Made by a program: the position numbers and the translations under genes | Notes under the pieces: generated by a model | What the model was told of the DNA's origin: nothing | Seen by the model: only the letters and a program-made list of their open reading frames with translations | Databases searched by the model: none | Shown: one piece after another, positions 37,879-47,119 of the stretch | Layout of the letters: every line of letters begins with the position of its first letter | How positions within the stretch are numbered: the stretch's first letter is position 1 | NCBI GenBank assembly: GCA_052034255.1 | Contig: JBPOIU010000020.1 | Location: forward strand, 777 to 64,776 | DNA from: Planctomycetota bacterium | GTDB taxonomy: Bacteria > Planctomycetota > B15-G4 > JADJEK01 | Direction of reading: 5' to 3' | DNA length: 64,000 nucleotides

Positions 37879-40800
37879 TCAGCGCTTGCGGCGGCGGGCT
37901 GCGTCGTCGAACAGCGAGTACGCGACGGGCGTCACGACCAGCGAGAGCAGCAAGCTCAACGCTTGGCCGCCGACGATGACTTTCGCCATGTCCGCGCGGT
38001 TCGCGGCCCCCGGTCCCTCGCCCAGTGCGATCGGGATCATCGCCGCCACCAGCATCAGCGTCGTCATGAGGATCGGGCGCAGCCGCACCCGGTTCGCCTC
38101 CAGCACGATCCAATCCCGCACGATCGTCTGCTTTGCCCGTGCGGTCGAGGCCGACTCCGCCCGCGCGCGCACGGCGGCCGGAACCAGCTCCGGTCGCGCG
38201 GCGACGCGCTCGCGCAGCACGTTCGTGTGGTCGATCTGCAGGATGCCGTTCTTCTTGACGATGCCGAACAGCAGGAACAGGCCGAGCACGGAGAACAGCG
38301 TCAGCGGCTGCCCGAGCGCGATCAGCGAGATCAGCGCGAACGGGATCGTCAGCGGCACCGCGAGCAGGATCGTGATCGGATGCACGAAGCTCTCGAACTG
38401 CGCCGCGAGCACCATGTACATGAAGACCAGCGACAGGCCGAACGCGAGGAAGAACGCGCGCACGGACTCCGCTTGGTTGCGCGCACGGCCGACCGCCTCG
38501 AACCGATACGTCGGCGGCGCGTCGAGCTTCGCGAACGCCTCGAGGAACTTCTGCGACGCAGTGCCCGTCGGCATGCCGTTCACGTTGGCGACGATCGAGA
38601 TCTTGCGCGCCAGCCGCGCGCGGTCGATCTGCGCGGGCCCGAGCGCTTCGAGCGGCGTCGCCAGGTTCTCGAGCCGCACGAGAGTTCCCGTCTCCGAGCG
38701 CAATCCGATCGCGCCCAGCGCGCGGGCATCGTCGCGATCCGCGCCTTCGGCACGCAACCAGACGTCGTACTGCTCGCCGGTCGACCCATCCTTGAAGTCC
38801 GAGACGATCTCGCCGCCGACCAACGTCCGCAGCGAGGTGGACACGTCTTGCATCGTCACGCCGAGGTCGCTGGCGCGTTCGCGGTCGACATGCACGCGAA
38901 GTTCGGGCTTGCGCGTCGACAAGGTCGTGTCGACGTCGACGAGCCCGGGCAGCGCGCGCAAGCTCGCGACGATCTGCGCGGCATAGTCGTTCAGTCGCTC
39001 CAGATCCGGACCCGTCAGTTGGAACTCGAGATCCGCGTTCGCGGCGCCGCTCTGCGCGACTTTCGCCGGCTCTTGGACGCTGGTGCGCAGATCCGGGTAA
39101 TCGGCCATCATCGCGCGCACGCGCGACATGACGTCCTGCTGCGAGTACTCCGTGCGCCGTTGCTCCAGATCCTCGATGCGCACGAAGATCGTGCCTTTGC
39201 TGATCGGCCCTTCGCCCGGCGCCTGCCGCCCGGACGTGTCGCCGATCTCCGTCAACACCGACGTCACTTCGGGCCACGCGGCGAGGCGGCGCTCGATGCT
39301 GCCGAACACGTCGCTCGCCTTTTGCAGCGACCAACCCTCGGGCGTCGTGATCGCGAGTTCGAACTCCGATTGATCGTCCTTCGGCACGAAGTTGAACCCG
39401 GTGAGCGCCAACAGGCCCGGCCAGTCGAGCGCCGCCAAACGCTGCGCGCGCGCCGGATCGGAGAACGACAGCCAGCGCGAGAACGGCAACGGGAACACGC
39501 TCGCCGTCGAGACGACGGTCGCCAACACCACGAGCAAGCGATGTCGCAACGACCACGCCAAGAGGCCGAGGTACGGCGCCTCGACGATCCGCTCGTAGAT
39601 CGTCCTGCGCCCGCCTTCACCGCGCCGCGCCACCGGCTTCAGGAGCCGCGCCGACAGCATCGGCGTCAACGTCAGGCTGACCCCGAGCGACACGATCGTC
39701 GCCACCGCGCACGTGATGCCGAACGACTGCAAGAACCGCCCGACCACGCCCTCCATGAACGCGATCGGCAGGAAGATCACGAACAACGACAACGTCGTCG
39801 CGACCACCGCCAGCGTGATCTCCTTCGTGCCCTCCTCGGCCGCGGTGCGCGGATCGGCGCCTTCTTCTTCCATCCAGCGGAAGACGTTTTCGATCACGAC
39901 CACGGCGTCGTCGACGACGACGCCGATCATCAAGACCAGCGCGATCAGCGTGATGTTGTTGAACGTGAGGTCGAACGCGCGCATCACCGGGAACACGGCG
40001 ACGATCGACACCGGGATCGCCAGCCCGGCGACGAGCGTCGTGCGCCAGTCGCGCAGGAACAGCAGGATCGTGATGACGACCAGCGCTGCGCCGAGCACGA
40101 GGTGGACTTGCACCTCATGCAGCGACGCCTTGATGAAGCGCGACTGATCGCGCAGCACCGTGGCCTCGACATCGGCGAAGCCCTCGCGCGCGAGCCCCGC
40201 GGCGAGGTCCGACAGCCGCGCTTTCACGCGATCGATGACCTCGACCGAGTTGGTGCCGCTCTGCTTCATCACGACCAGCGTCACCGCCGGCACGCCGTCC
40301 AAGCGCGCCAATGAACGCGGCGGCTCGATCCCATCCTCGACGCAGTGCGCGCCGCCGAGGTCGCGGATGCGGATCGGATAGCCGTCGCGGTTGACGACGA
40401 TCAACTCGGCGAGCTCCGCCGGCACCAGCACGCGGCCCGCGGTCCGCAATACGAGTTCGCGCGTGCGTTGCTCGACGCGGCCACCCGGCAACTCGACGTT
40501 CTGTTGCGACAGGGCGCGCGCGACGTCGGCGATCGACACGCCGAGCGCTTCGAGCTTGCGCGTGTCCACGGTGACGTGGATGGCGCGCTTCTCGCCGCCG
40601 ACCACCGTCACCGACCCAACGCCGTCGATCCCGGACAAGAAGTCCGCGATGCGCTTCTCCGCGACCTCGGTCAGCTCGCGCAAGCTGCGGCGTCCCGCCA
40701 GCGCGATCGTCATGACCGGCGACGCGTCGACGTCGAACTTCTCGATGATCGGCGTACGCGTCCCGCTCGGCAGGCGCGACAGGATCGTGTTGACCTTGCT

Positions 40801-41127
40801 CTGGATCTCCTGCTGCGCGACGTCGCGGTTCTTCGACAGCAGGAACTGCACCACCACCGCGCTGACGCCCTCGGTGGTCGTACTGCGCAAATCGTCGATC
40901 CCGGCGATCGTGTTGACCGCCTCTTCGATCACCTTCGTGACGCCGATCTCCATCTCTTCGACCGACGTGCCGGGGCGGCTCGTCGTGATGGTCACGACCG
41001 GGACGTCGACGTTCGGCAACAGATCGACGCCGATGCCCTTCAGCGCGATCAGCCCGAGCACGACGGGCAGCGCGACCAGCATCACGGTGAACACCGGCCG
41101 CCGAATGCACAGCGATGCGAGGTTCAA
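37879..41127 (-). CDS. RND efflux transporter permease (HAE1/AcrB-like)
   Basis: 1082 aa. N-terminus (M)NLASLCIRRPVFTVML is typical of AcrB-family proteins. 12 TM helices plus two large periplasmic loops. TTG start overlaps the membrane-fusion-protein stop by 2 nt. Confidence 0.9.
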   Translation of the reverse strand: MNLASLCIRRPVFTVMLVALPVVLGLIALKGIGVDLLPNVDVPVVTITTSRPGTSVEEMEIGVTKVIEEAVNTIAGIDDLRSTTTEGVSAVVVQFLLSKNRDVAQQEIQSKVNTILSRLPSGTRTPIIEKFDVDASPVMTIALAGRRSLRELTEVAEKRIADFLSGIDGVGSVTVVGGEKRAIHVTVDTRKLEALGVSIADVARALSQQNVELPGGRVEQRTRELVLRTAGRVLVPAELAELIVVNRDGYPIRIRDLGGAHCVEDGIEPPRSLARLDGVPAVTLVVMKQSGTNSVEVIDRVKARLSDLAAGLAREGFADVEATVLRDQSRFIKASLHEVQVHLVLGAALVVITILLFLRDWRTTLVAGLAIPVSIVAVFPVMRAFDLTFNNITLIALVLMIGVVVDDAVVVIENVFRWMEEEGADPRTAAEEGTKEITLAVVATTLSLFVIFLPIAFMEGVVGRFLQSFGITCAVATIVSLGVSLTLTPMLSARLLKPVARRGEGGRRTIYERIVEAPYLGLLAWSLRHRLLVVLATVVSTASVFPLPFSRWLSFSDPARAQRLAALDWPGLLALTGFNFVPKDDQSEFELAITTPEGWSLQKASDVFGSIERRLAAWPEVTSVLTEIGDTSGRQAPGEGPISKGTIFVRIEDLEQRRTEYSQQDVMSRVRAMMADYPDLRTSVQEPAKVAQSGAANADLEFQLTGPDLERLNDYAAQIVASLRALPGLVDVDTTLSTRKPELRVHVDRERASDLGVTMQDVSTSLRTLVGGEIVSDFKDGSTGEQYDVWLRAEGADRDDARALGAIGLRSETGTLVRLENLATPLEALGPAQIDRARLARKISIVANVNGMPTGTASQKFLEAFAKLDAPPTYRFEAVGRARNQAESVRAFFLAFGLSLVFMYMVLAAQFESFVHPITILLAVPLTIPFALISLIALGQPLTLFSVLGLFLLFGIVKKNGILQIDHTNVLRERVAARPELVPAAVRARAESASTARAKQTIVRDWIVLEANRVRLRPILMTTLMLVAAMIPIALGEGPGAANRADMAKVIVGGQALSLLLSLVVTPVAYSLFDDAARRRKR

Positions 41128-42413
41128 GGCGAGTCCTTGCGCGCCGGCCCCGCATCCTCGGCAGCGGTCCGAGGCGCGATCGGCGGACCGTCCAATGCGC
41201 TGGCCGGCTTGACCTCGACCTCGGTCCGATCGGCGATCTTCGTCAGTCCGCTGACGATCACCGGTGCGACGCCCGAGAAGCCCTCGACGACCTCCACCAT
41301 CTCGCCGGATCGCATGCCGATGCGCACGCGATGCAACACGGCGCGACCGTCCTCCACGGTGAACACCTTCGATTCACCGACGTACGTCGCGACCGCGGCG
41401 AGCGGCACGAACGTCACGTCGGCCTCGACCCGCGTCTCGATCGCCGCGCGCGCGAAGCCGCCCGGACGCAGCGCGCCGTTCGCGTTCGCGATGCGGACCT
41501 CCACGCGGAAGGTCCGCGACCGCGCGTCGATGGTCGGCGCGACGCGCGCGACCGTGCCCACGACCGCGTCGGGCGAAGCGTCGGCCCGCACCTCCACCGC
41601 TTGGCCGACGGCGACTTCGCGGGCGTAGCGCTCCGGCACGTCGGCGATGAGGTCGATCGGGTCGTGGACGACCAACGCGAACAGCGGGTCCCCCGCGCGC
41701 ACGAACTCGCCGACGTCGACGAACCGTCGCGCGACCGCGCCGCGCAAATCGGGCGGCGCGTGGACCACGGTGTCGGCGAGGCGCTGCTCGGCGGTCTTGC
41801 GCTCGGCTTCGCGTGTGCGGGCTTCCGCGAGTAGCGCACGTGCGATCGTGATCTCCAGCTCGTGCGTCGCGATCGCGACTTGCCACTGGGTTTCGAGATC
41901 GGCGAGATCCTGATCGGAGATGACGGGCGGATCCTGGTGGAACAGCGTCGTGCCGCGGTCGTACTTCGCGCGCTCGTTCTTCACTTGCAGCGCGGCGCGA
42001 GCGACGGCCGGGACCGCGTCGACGTCGAGTTCGCCGGACGGGAACGCGTCGAGCCCGATCTTGCGCAACGTCTGGAGGACCATCGCTGCGCGCTCGGCCG
42101 ACTCGAGCTCGTACTCGACCGGATCGAGGCGCGCGAGCACCGCTCCCGGCTCGACGACGTCCCCGAGGTCGTGTTGCAGCGCGAGCACGCGACCGTCGAC
42201 CTCCGCGGAGACCGTCGCCTCACGCGCGCCGCGCAGCGTGCCGACGACGTCGACCCGACGCGTGATGCGGCGCAACTCGCTTCCTTCGACGGTGACGACC
42301 ACCTTCGAGTCGGCGGCCGCCGACTTCGCCTGATTCGCCGGGCGTGAACAGGCCGCCAGCGCGAGGATCCCGCATGCCACCCATCGCTTCCACGCGCTCG
42401 TCATTCCGGCCAT
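41124..42413 (-). CDS. RND efflux membrane fusion protein (periplasmic adaptor), lipoprotein
   Basis: Lipobox LALAAC. Coiled-coil, biotinyl/lipoyl-like and beta-barrel adaptor regions. Directly upstream of, and coupled to, the RND permease. Confidence 0.8.
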   Translation of the reverse strand: MAGMTSAWKRWVACGILALAACSRPANQAKSAAADSKVVVTVEGSELRRITRRVDVVGTLRGAREATVSAEVDGRVLALQHDLGDVVEPGAVLARLDPVEYELESAERAAMVLQTLRKIGLDAFPSGELDVDAVPAVARAALQVKNERAKYDRGTTLFHQDPPVISDQDLADLETQWQVAIATHELEITIARALLAEARTREAERKTAEQRLADTVVHAPPDLRGAVARRFVDVGEFVRAGDPLFALVVHDPIDLIADVPERYAREVAVGQAVEVRADASPDAVVGTVARVAPTIDARSRTFRVEVRIANANGALRPGGFARAAIETRVEADVTFVPLAAVATYVGESKVFTVEDGRAVLHRVRIGMRSGEMVEVVEGFSGVAPVIVSGLTKIADRTEVEVKPASALDGPPIAPRTAAEDAGPARKDSP

Positions 42414-42550
42414 CCATCCGAAGATCCGCCACGAGTCCGGCACGGTAGCAGCCGACCGCGCCCGCCGTGCGGGCCACCGCAAAACGACACGGGCCCCGGA
42501 TCCTGAAGATCCGGAGCCCGCGTCGCGCGCTTGCGCGCATCCCGCGTGGA

Positions 42551-44164
42551 TCAGGGCGCGAACACGAGCTCGAGGCCGTTGCTGAGGCCGACGCCCGCCG
42601 CCGCCGCGGGATCCGGAACCAACATCTGCAGCACGAGTTGGACGCCCGCGACTCCCGTCGGGGTCGTCGTCGGCAACGTGATCGCGCCGGAGCCGTCGAG
42701 CGGCAACACGATCGACGTCTGGAACGGGAACGCGCGCAGCGTGCCGTTCGCGTACGGAACGTTCGACGGCGGACCGACGTGGATCAACAGCGTCGCGGGA
42801 GCGAGCGGCTTGCCGTCCTCGTAGCGCAGCGTCAGCGGCGTTCCGGAGACCAGCGGGCCGGCGCCGCGCAGCTTCGCGAAACCGTTCGACGCCGCGTTCG
42901 CGCCGGTGTGGATGTTCCAGTCACCGCCATAGTTGTGGAACGCGAGCAGCGCGCCTTCGTCACTCGCGAATGCGCTCTTGCGGCCGACCAGCAGATGGAT
43001 GCCCGAGGTGGCCACCGCGGAACCGAGCTCCGCGTAGGGCGCCGCGACGAGATCGGGGAACGGCGCCTCGAGCGTCTCGCGCTCCGGCCAGTTCGGGAAC
43101 ACGAACTCGAAGCGCACGACGTCCTCGCTCGACGCCAGGTATGCCGACTGACCGAGCAGCGCGACGCCCTGACCGAAGTCGTCGCTCGGGCCACCGGCGA
43201 TCGGCAACAGCTTGCCCTTCTGCGTCCACGTGCCGATGAGGTCGAACACGTAGCCGGCGCCGCTCGCCTCGCTGTCGAAGTTCCACGCGCCCGGCGCGCC
43301 GACGATGACTCGCGTGCCGTCGATCGCGCACGACGCGCCGAAACGGCGATCGGTGACCGGATCGAGCGGGTTCAGCTCGGCCTGGATCGTCCACACCACG
43401 CCCGGGCCGGACGTGTCGCGCAACACGATGACCGCGCGACCGGAGTTGGTCCGCGGCGGCGCCACATTGTCGAAGTCCGGCGAGCCGATGACCGCGCGGT
43501 TGCCGCCGAAGTCGACCGACGAGCCGAAGTGCTCGTTCACTTGCGGACTGGTCGGAACGATCTTGCCGGTCTGCGTCCACGTGCTCGAGATGTTCTCGAA
43601 GCCGTACGCCGAACCCGAGTCCGACAGCGGCGCGTTGTCGTTCGGCGCGCCGACGACGAGATGCGTCACCTGCGCCGCGACGGCCGAGCCGAACCGATCG
43701 CCGGCCGCGGTGTCGTTGCCGTAGACCTTCTGGTCGAGCACCCAGAACGGCACGCCCATGAACACGATGCGCTGGTAGACGTAGACGGCGCCGGCATCGA
43801 CGCCGAGATCGTCATCGCCCGGCGCACCGACGTACACCGTCGTCCCCACCACGGCGACCGACGTTCCGAACTGGTCGCCCGCTTGGCCATCGCTCGCGAC
43901 GAGTCGCAGGCCGGCGCTCCATGCCCCGCCGACGTAGTCGTGGATGTAGACGCATCCTCGACTCGCGTCCTCGCCCGGCGCACCGACGATCGCGCGATCG
44001 CCGTCGACCGCGACGGACGCGCCGTACAGCGCATCGTCGTCGAGATCCGACGGCTCGATCGTGACCGGATAGACCAGCGGCCGCACGGTCTGGGCCGAGA
44101 CCGTCGCGACCAGACACGAACACACGGACGCGAACGTCCACAACACGCGCAGCGACGACTTCAT
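42551..44164 (-). CDS. secreted FG-GAP-like repeat beta-propeller protein with the shared C-terminal domain
   Basis: ATG at 44164 with GGAGAG at 7-nt spacing. Signal peptide MKSSLRVLWTFASVCSCLVATVSA. Repeats of the type FG(A/S)SVA..GD.AIVGAPGDD. C-terminus ends SNGLELVFAP. Confidence 0.75.
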   Translation of the reverse strand: MKSSLRVLWTFASVCSCLVATVSAQTVRPLVYPVTIEPSDLDDDALYGASVAVDGDRAIVGAPGEDASRGCVYIHDYVGGAWSAGLRLVASDGQAGDQFGTSVAVVGTTVYVGAPGDDDLGVDAGAVYVYQRIVFMGVPFWVLDQKVYGNDTAAGDRFGSAVAAQVTHLVVGAPNDNAPLSDSGSAYGFENISSTWTQTGKIVPTSPQVNEHFGSSVDFGGNRAVIGSPDFDNVAPPRTNSGRAVIVLRDTSGPGVVWTIQAELNPLDPVTDRRFGASCAIDGTRVIVGAPGAWNFDSEASGAGYVFDLIGTWTQKGKLLPIAGGPSDDFGQGVALLGQSAYLASSEDVVRFEFVFPNWPERETLEAPFPDLVAAPYAELGSAVATSGIHLLVGRKSAFASDEGALLAFHNYGGDWNIHTGANAASNGFAKLRGAGPLVSGTPLTLRYEDGKPLAPATLLIHVGPPSNVPYANGTLRAFPFQTSIVLPLDGSGAITLPTTTPTGVAGVQLVLQMLVPDPAAAAGVGLSNGLELVFAP

Positions 44165-44387
44165 CTCCGTACTCTCCATAAAGTTGAATCGCGGCGCGCA
44201 CGGCGTGCATCGAAGAAGCGGCACGCGTCCGGACGCGTGGACCCATTGCCTGGGCCCACGGTCCGCGACAGCAGCGGCGCGAATCCCGTTGGGGCGTCAA
44301 GCCCACATCCGCGCGCGCGGCGGCGGATCACGGCGAAAATCGAGTCGATTTCGCGAATCCTGCGGGGGTCGGAGCCGGCACGGCATC

Positions 44388-46862
44388 ATGGATCGCGTGA
44401 CGACCATCGACGAAGACTCGCCCATCGACGCCGTGCTCGAGCGCCTGCCGCAACTCCACCGGCTGGCGCACGCGTTGACGCACGACCCCGCCGCTGCCGA
44501 CGACCTCGTGCAATCGACGGTCGAGATCGCGCTGCGCAAGCCGCCCACGTTGCGCGCGGCATGGCCTTCGTGGCTCGGGCGCGTGATGACCAACCTGGCC
44601 CGACAACGCGGCCGCGGCGAGGTTCGCCGCCGCTGGCGCGAACGCCTGGTCGCGGCGCCCGAAGCCCTCGAATCGACCAGCGCCCTGGTGGAGCGCCACG
44701 ACATCCGCGTGCGCTTGATGCACGCGGTGCGCGCCCTCGACGAGCCGTACCGCCGCGCGGTCCTGCTGCGCTACTTCGAGGACTTGCCGGTGCGGGCGAT
44801 CGCCGCGCGCGACGGCATTCCGCACAAGACCGTCGAGTCCCGCCTGACGCGTGGGCTCGCGAAGCTGCGCGAACGACTCGATCACGAGCACGCGGGCGAT
44901 CGCCGCGCCTGGCTCGTCGCGCTGGCTCCGTTCGCAAAGGCCATGCACACCCCCCTCACGCTTGCCGGAGTCGTGGTCATGAAGTCGTTCGCCGTCTCAT
45001 TGGGCGTGTTGACTCTGGTGTGCACCTCGTGGTGGATGCTGCAGGACGACGAGCCCGCGACCCCGCCGACGCCCCCGACCGCCGCCGCGGCCGAACGCAA
45101 CGAAGCTCACGACGCCACGCCCACTCCGTCGGCGCCGCCGAATGAGATCGCTCGCACCGAGACGCCCACGGAACCGGCGAGCGAAGCACCGGCGGTTCCT
45201 CTACTGCGCGGCCTCGTGCTCGACACCGAAGGCAAGCCCGTCGGCGGCGTCCGCCTGAGCGTCGCCGTCCGGGACGCCACCGCGCTCGAGTTCACGCTGG
45301 TCAGCGACGCCGACGGCCGTTTCTCGCTCCCGGCGCGTGAGGCCGCTCTGGACATCGCGGCAGCGGACCCGCGGTACACGACTGTTCTCGAAGCGGCGAT
45401 CATGCGCACACCGAACCTCACGCAGCCGCGCGAAGTGCACGTGATCGTCGCGGCGAACACGCGCATCGAAGGTCAGGCGGTCGACCCGTCGGGCACGCCG
45501 ATCGCGGAGGTCGCGGTCGAACTCGCGCCTCCGGACGCGGTCCGGGCGTTGTTCGCCATCGATCTCAGCGCCAATCGTGCCCGCACGCTGACCGCGTCGA
45601 CCGACGCGAATGGCCGCTTCGTGTTCGAAGCCGCGCCGGCCGTCGCGGGCTCGCTGTGCTCGGGGACGAAATCGGGGTACGTCGCGGCGACGGAGGTCGT
45701 GCGGACGTTCCCGCGCAGCGATCTCCGACTCGTGCTGAGCCGGCCCACCGATCAAGCGACGCTGCGCGGCATCGTCTACGACCCGACGGGGATTCCGCTC
45801 GAAGCGGCCTACCTCGCGCTCGGCTCGCTGCCGACGCGCTCCGACGCGAACGGCATGTTCACGTTCGAATACCCGCGCGCGGAGCCACCGGAACGCCTGC
45901 TCGCGGTCGCGCCCGGGCTGAGCGCCAAAACGTTGGAGCGCCCCGCCGAGGAATGGCCGGCCTTCGTCGAACTGCGGTTCGAAGGCGCCGCGCCGAGCAT
46001 CGACGGTGTCGTCTACGGCCCCGACGGCCAGCCGAAGCCGGGCGCGAACGTGTGGATCGACGAGCCGACCGTGTTCGGCCAAAGCAACGGCAACTTCTGG
46101 CTCGCCGAGTGCATCACGAGCGGGTCGACGGCGATGCAGCACGGCGCCACGACCGACGCCGCGGGCCGCTTCCGGATCGAGGGTCTCGTCCAGCGAGAGT
46201 ACGGACTGCGCGCCGTCATTCCCGAACTCGCTTGGCAGATCGACGCGGGACGCGCGCAGGCCGGCGACGCGGGCGTCGAGATCCGCTTCCCCACTGCGAG
46301 CTTGCACGAACGGATCGAAGGCCGCGTGCAGGATGGTCGAGGCCACCCCGTCGCCGACATCGACGTACGCGTCACGGCGATGCTGCCCGTCGCCGCGGAC
46401 CCCGTGTCGCTGCAACGCTTCTTCGACAGTGTGGTCGGGTCCACCTCGCGTTCCCGCGCCGACGGCCGATTCACGCTGAACGACGTCCCGATCGGCGCGC
46501 AGATCGAGGCGATCGGACCGGGACTCGAAATGGACCCGACGTGGACGGTGCCGACCACGCTGCCGGATCCGATCGTGCTGCAGGTGTACCGGCGCTTCGC
46601 GTTCCGCGTCGAGCTGACATCGACGCCACCCGGCGCCGCGTACGTCGCATTGCGCGACGTCGACGACCGCGAGGTGCCGATGACGCGCTTCTCGCCCGGT
46701 CGCGTGGACGTCCTGCCGCGCGTCGCGCTCGTCGACGGCCGCTCCGAGCGCATGACGACCCAAGACCGCGCGACCCAGTTATTGGTACTCGACGAGCGGT
46801 TCGCCGAGCTCGTGCGCATCCCCATCACGTACGCCGGGGACGAAGTCACGGTCGTGCGCTGA
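44388..46862 (+). CDS. ECF sigma factor fused in frame to a TM helix and about 600 aa of periplasmic CarboxypepD_reg-like repeats
   Basis: Sigma-70 region 2 (DDLVQSTVEIALRK) and region 4 (YRRAVLLRYFEDLPVRAIAARDGIPHKTVESRLTRGLAKLRERL). About 30 aa downstream lies the TM helix MKSFAVSLGVLTLVCTSWWML, then five units of the type LRGxVxDxxGxPxxgaxVxv...dGrFxf. No stop separates the sigma and membrane parts. Confidence 0.7.
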   Translation: MDRVTTIDEDSPIDAVLERLPQLHRLAHALTHDPAAADDLVQSTVEIALRKPPTLRAAWPSWLGRVMTNLARQRGRGEVRRRWRERLVAAPEALESTSALVERHDIRVRLMHAVRALDEPYRRAVLLRYFEDLPVRAIAARDGIPHKTVESRLTRGLAKLRERLDHEHAGDRRAWLVALAPFAKAMHTPLTLAGVVVMKSFAVSLGVLTLVCTSWWMLQDDEPATPPTPPTAAAAERNEAHDATPTPSAPPNEIARTETPTEPASEAPAVPLLRGLVLDTEGKPVGGVRLSVAVRDATALEFTLVSDADGRFSLPAREAALDIAAADPRYTTVLEAAIMRTPNLTQPREVHVIVAANTRIEGQAVDPSGTPIAEVAVELAPPDAVRALFAIDLSANRARTLTASTDANGRFVFEAAPAVAGSLCSGTKSGYVAATEVVRTFPRSDLRLVLSRPTDQATLRGIVYDPTGIPLEAAYLALGSLPTRSDANGMFTFEYPRAEPPERLLAVAPGLSAKTLERPAEEWPAFVELRFEGAAPSIDGVVYGPDGQPKPGANVWIDEPTVFGQSNGNFWLAECITSGSTAMQHGATTDAAGRFRIEGLVQREYGLRAVIPELAWQIDAGRAQAGDAGVEIRFPTASLHERIEGRVQDGRGHPVADIDVRVTAMLPVAADPVSLQRFFDSVVGSTSRSRADGRFTLNDVPIGAQIEAIGPGLEMDPTWTVPTTLPDPIVLQVYRRFAFRVELTSTPPGAAYVALRDVDDREVPMTRFSPGRVDVLPRVALVDGRSERMTTQDRATQLLVLDERFAELVRIPITYAGDEVTVVR

Positions 46863-47066
46863 CGCGCGCGGCGGTCACGCGCCGAGCCCGCGCGAACGCG
46901 AGCTCAGAGGCCGTGAAAGAATCCCCCGCGAGCGGCGGAACGAGCGAGAACGGCGAGCGCGAGGAGGATGGCCGAGGCGACTCAAGGGAAAGAGTCGGTG
47001 AGGCCATCCGACGAAGCGATCGTCGTTCGCAGCTGTTCCGACGCCGCGGGGGCCCAATTCATGAGA

Positions 47067-47119
47067 TTCACGGCCTCTCAGAGGCCGTGAACGTGAATCA
47101 ATCAGTTTGATTCACGTTC
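47067..47119. repeat. adjacent perfect palindromes in the convergent intergenic region, overlapping the BatD stop codon
   Basis: TTCACGGCCTCT-c-AGAGGCCGTGAA (12-bp arms) is directly followed by GAACGTGAATCAA-tcag-TTGATTCACGTTC (13-bp arms). A third half-site CAGAGGCCGTGAA lies at 46905..46917. Lower GC than the flanking DNA. Confidence 0.5.

Noticed and set aside
10629-44200. Shared 9-mer AACTTTATG upstream of two minus-strand genes (starts 10628 and 44164) as a possible common promoter element
   Set aside because: A single 9-mer coincidence is expected by chance about 0.5 times in 2 x 64 kb. Flanking sequence and spacing to the start codons differ.
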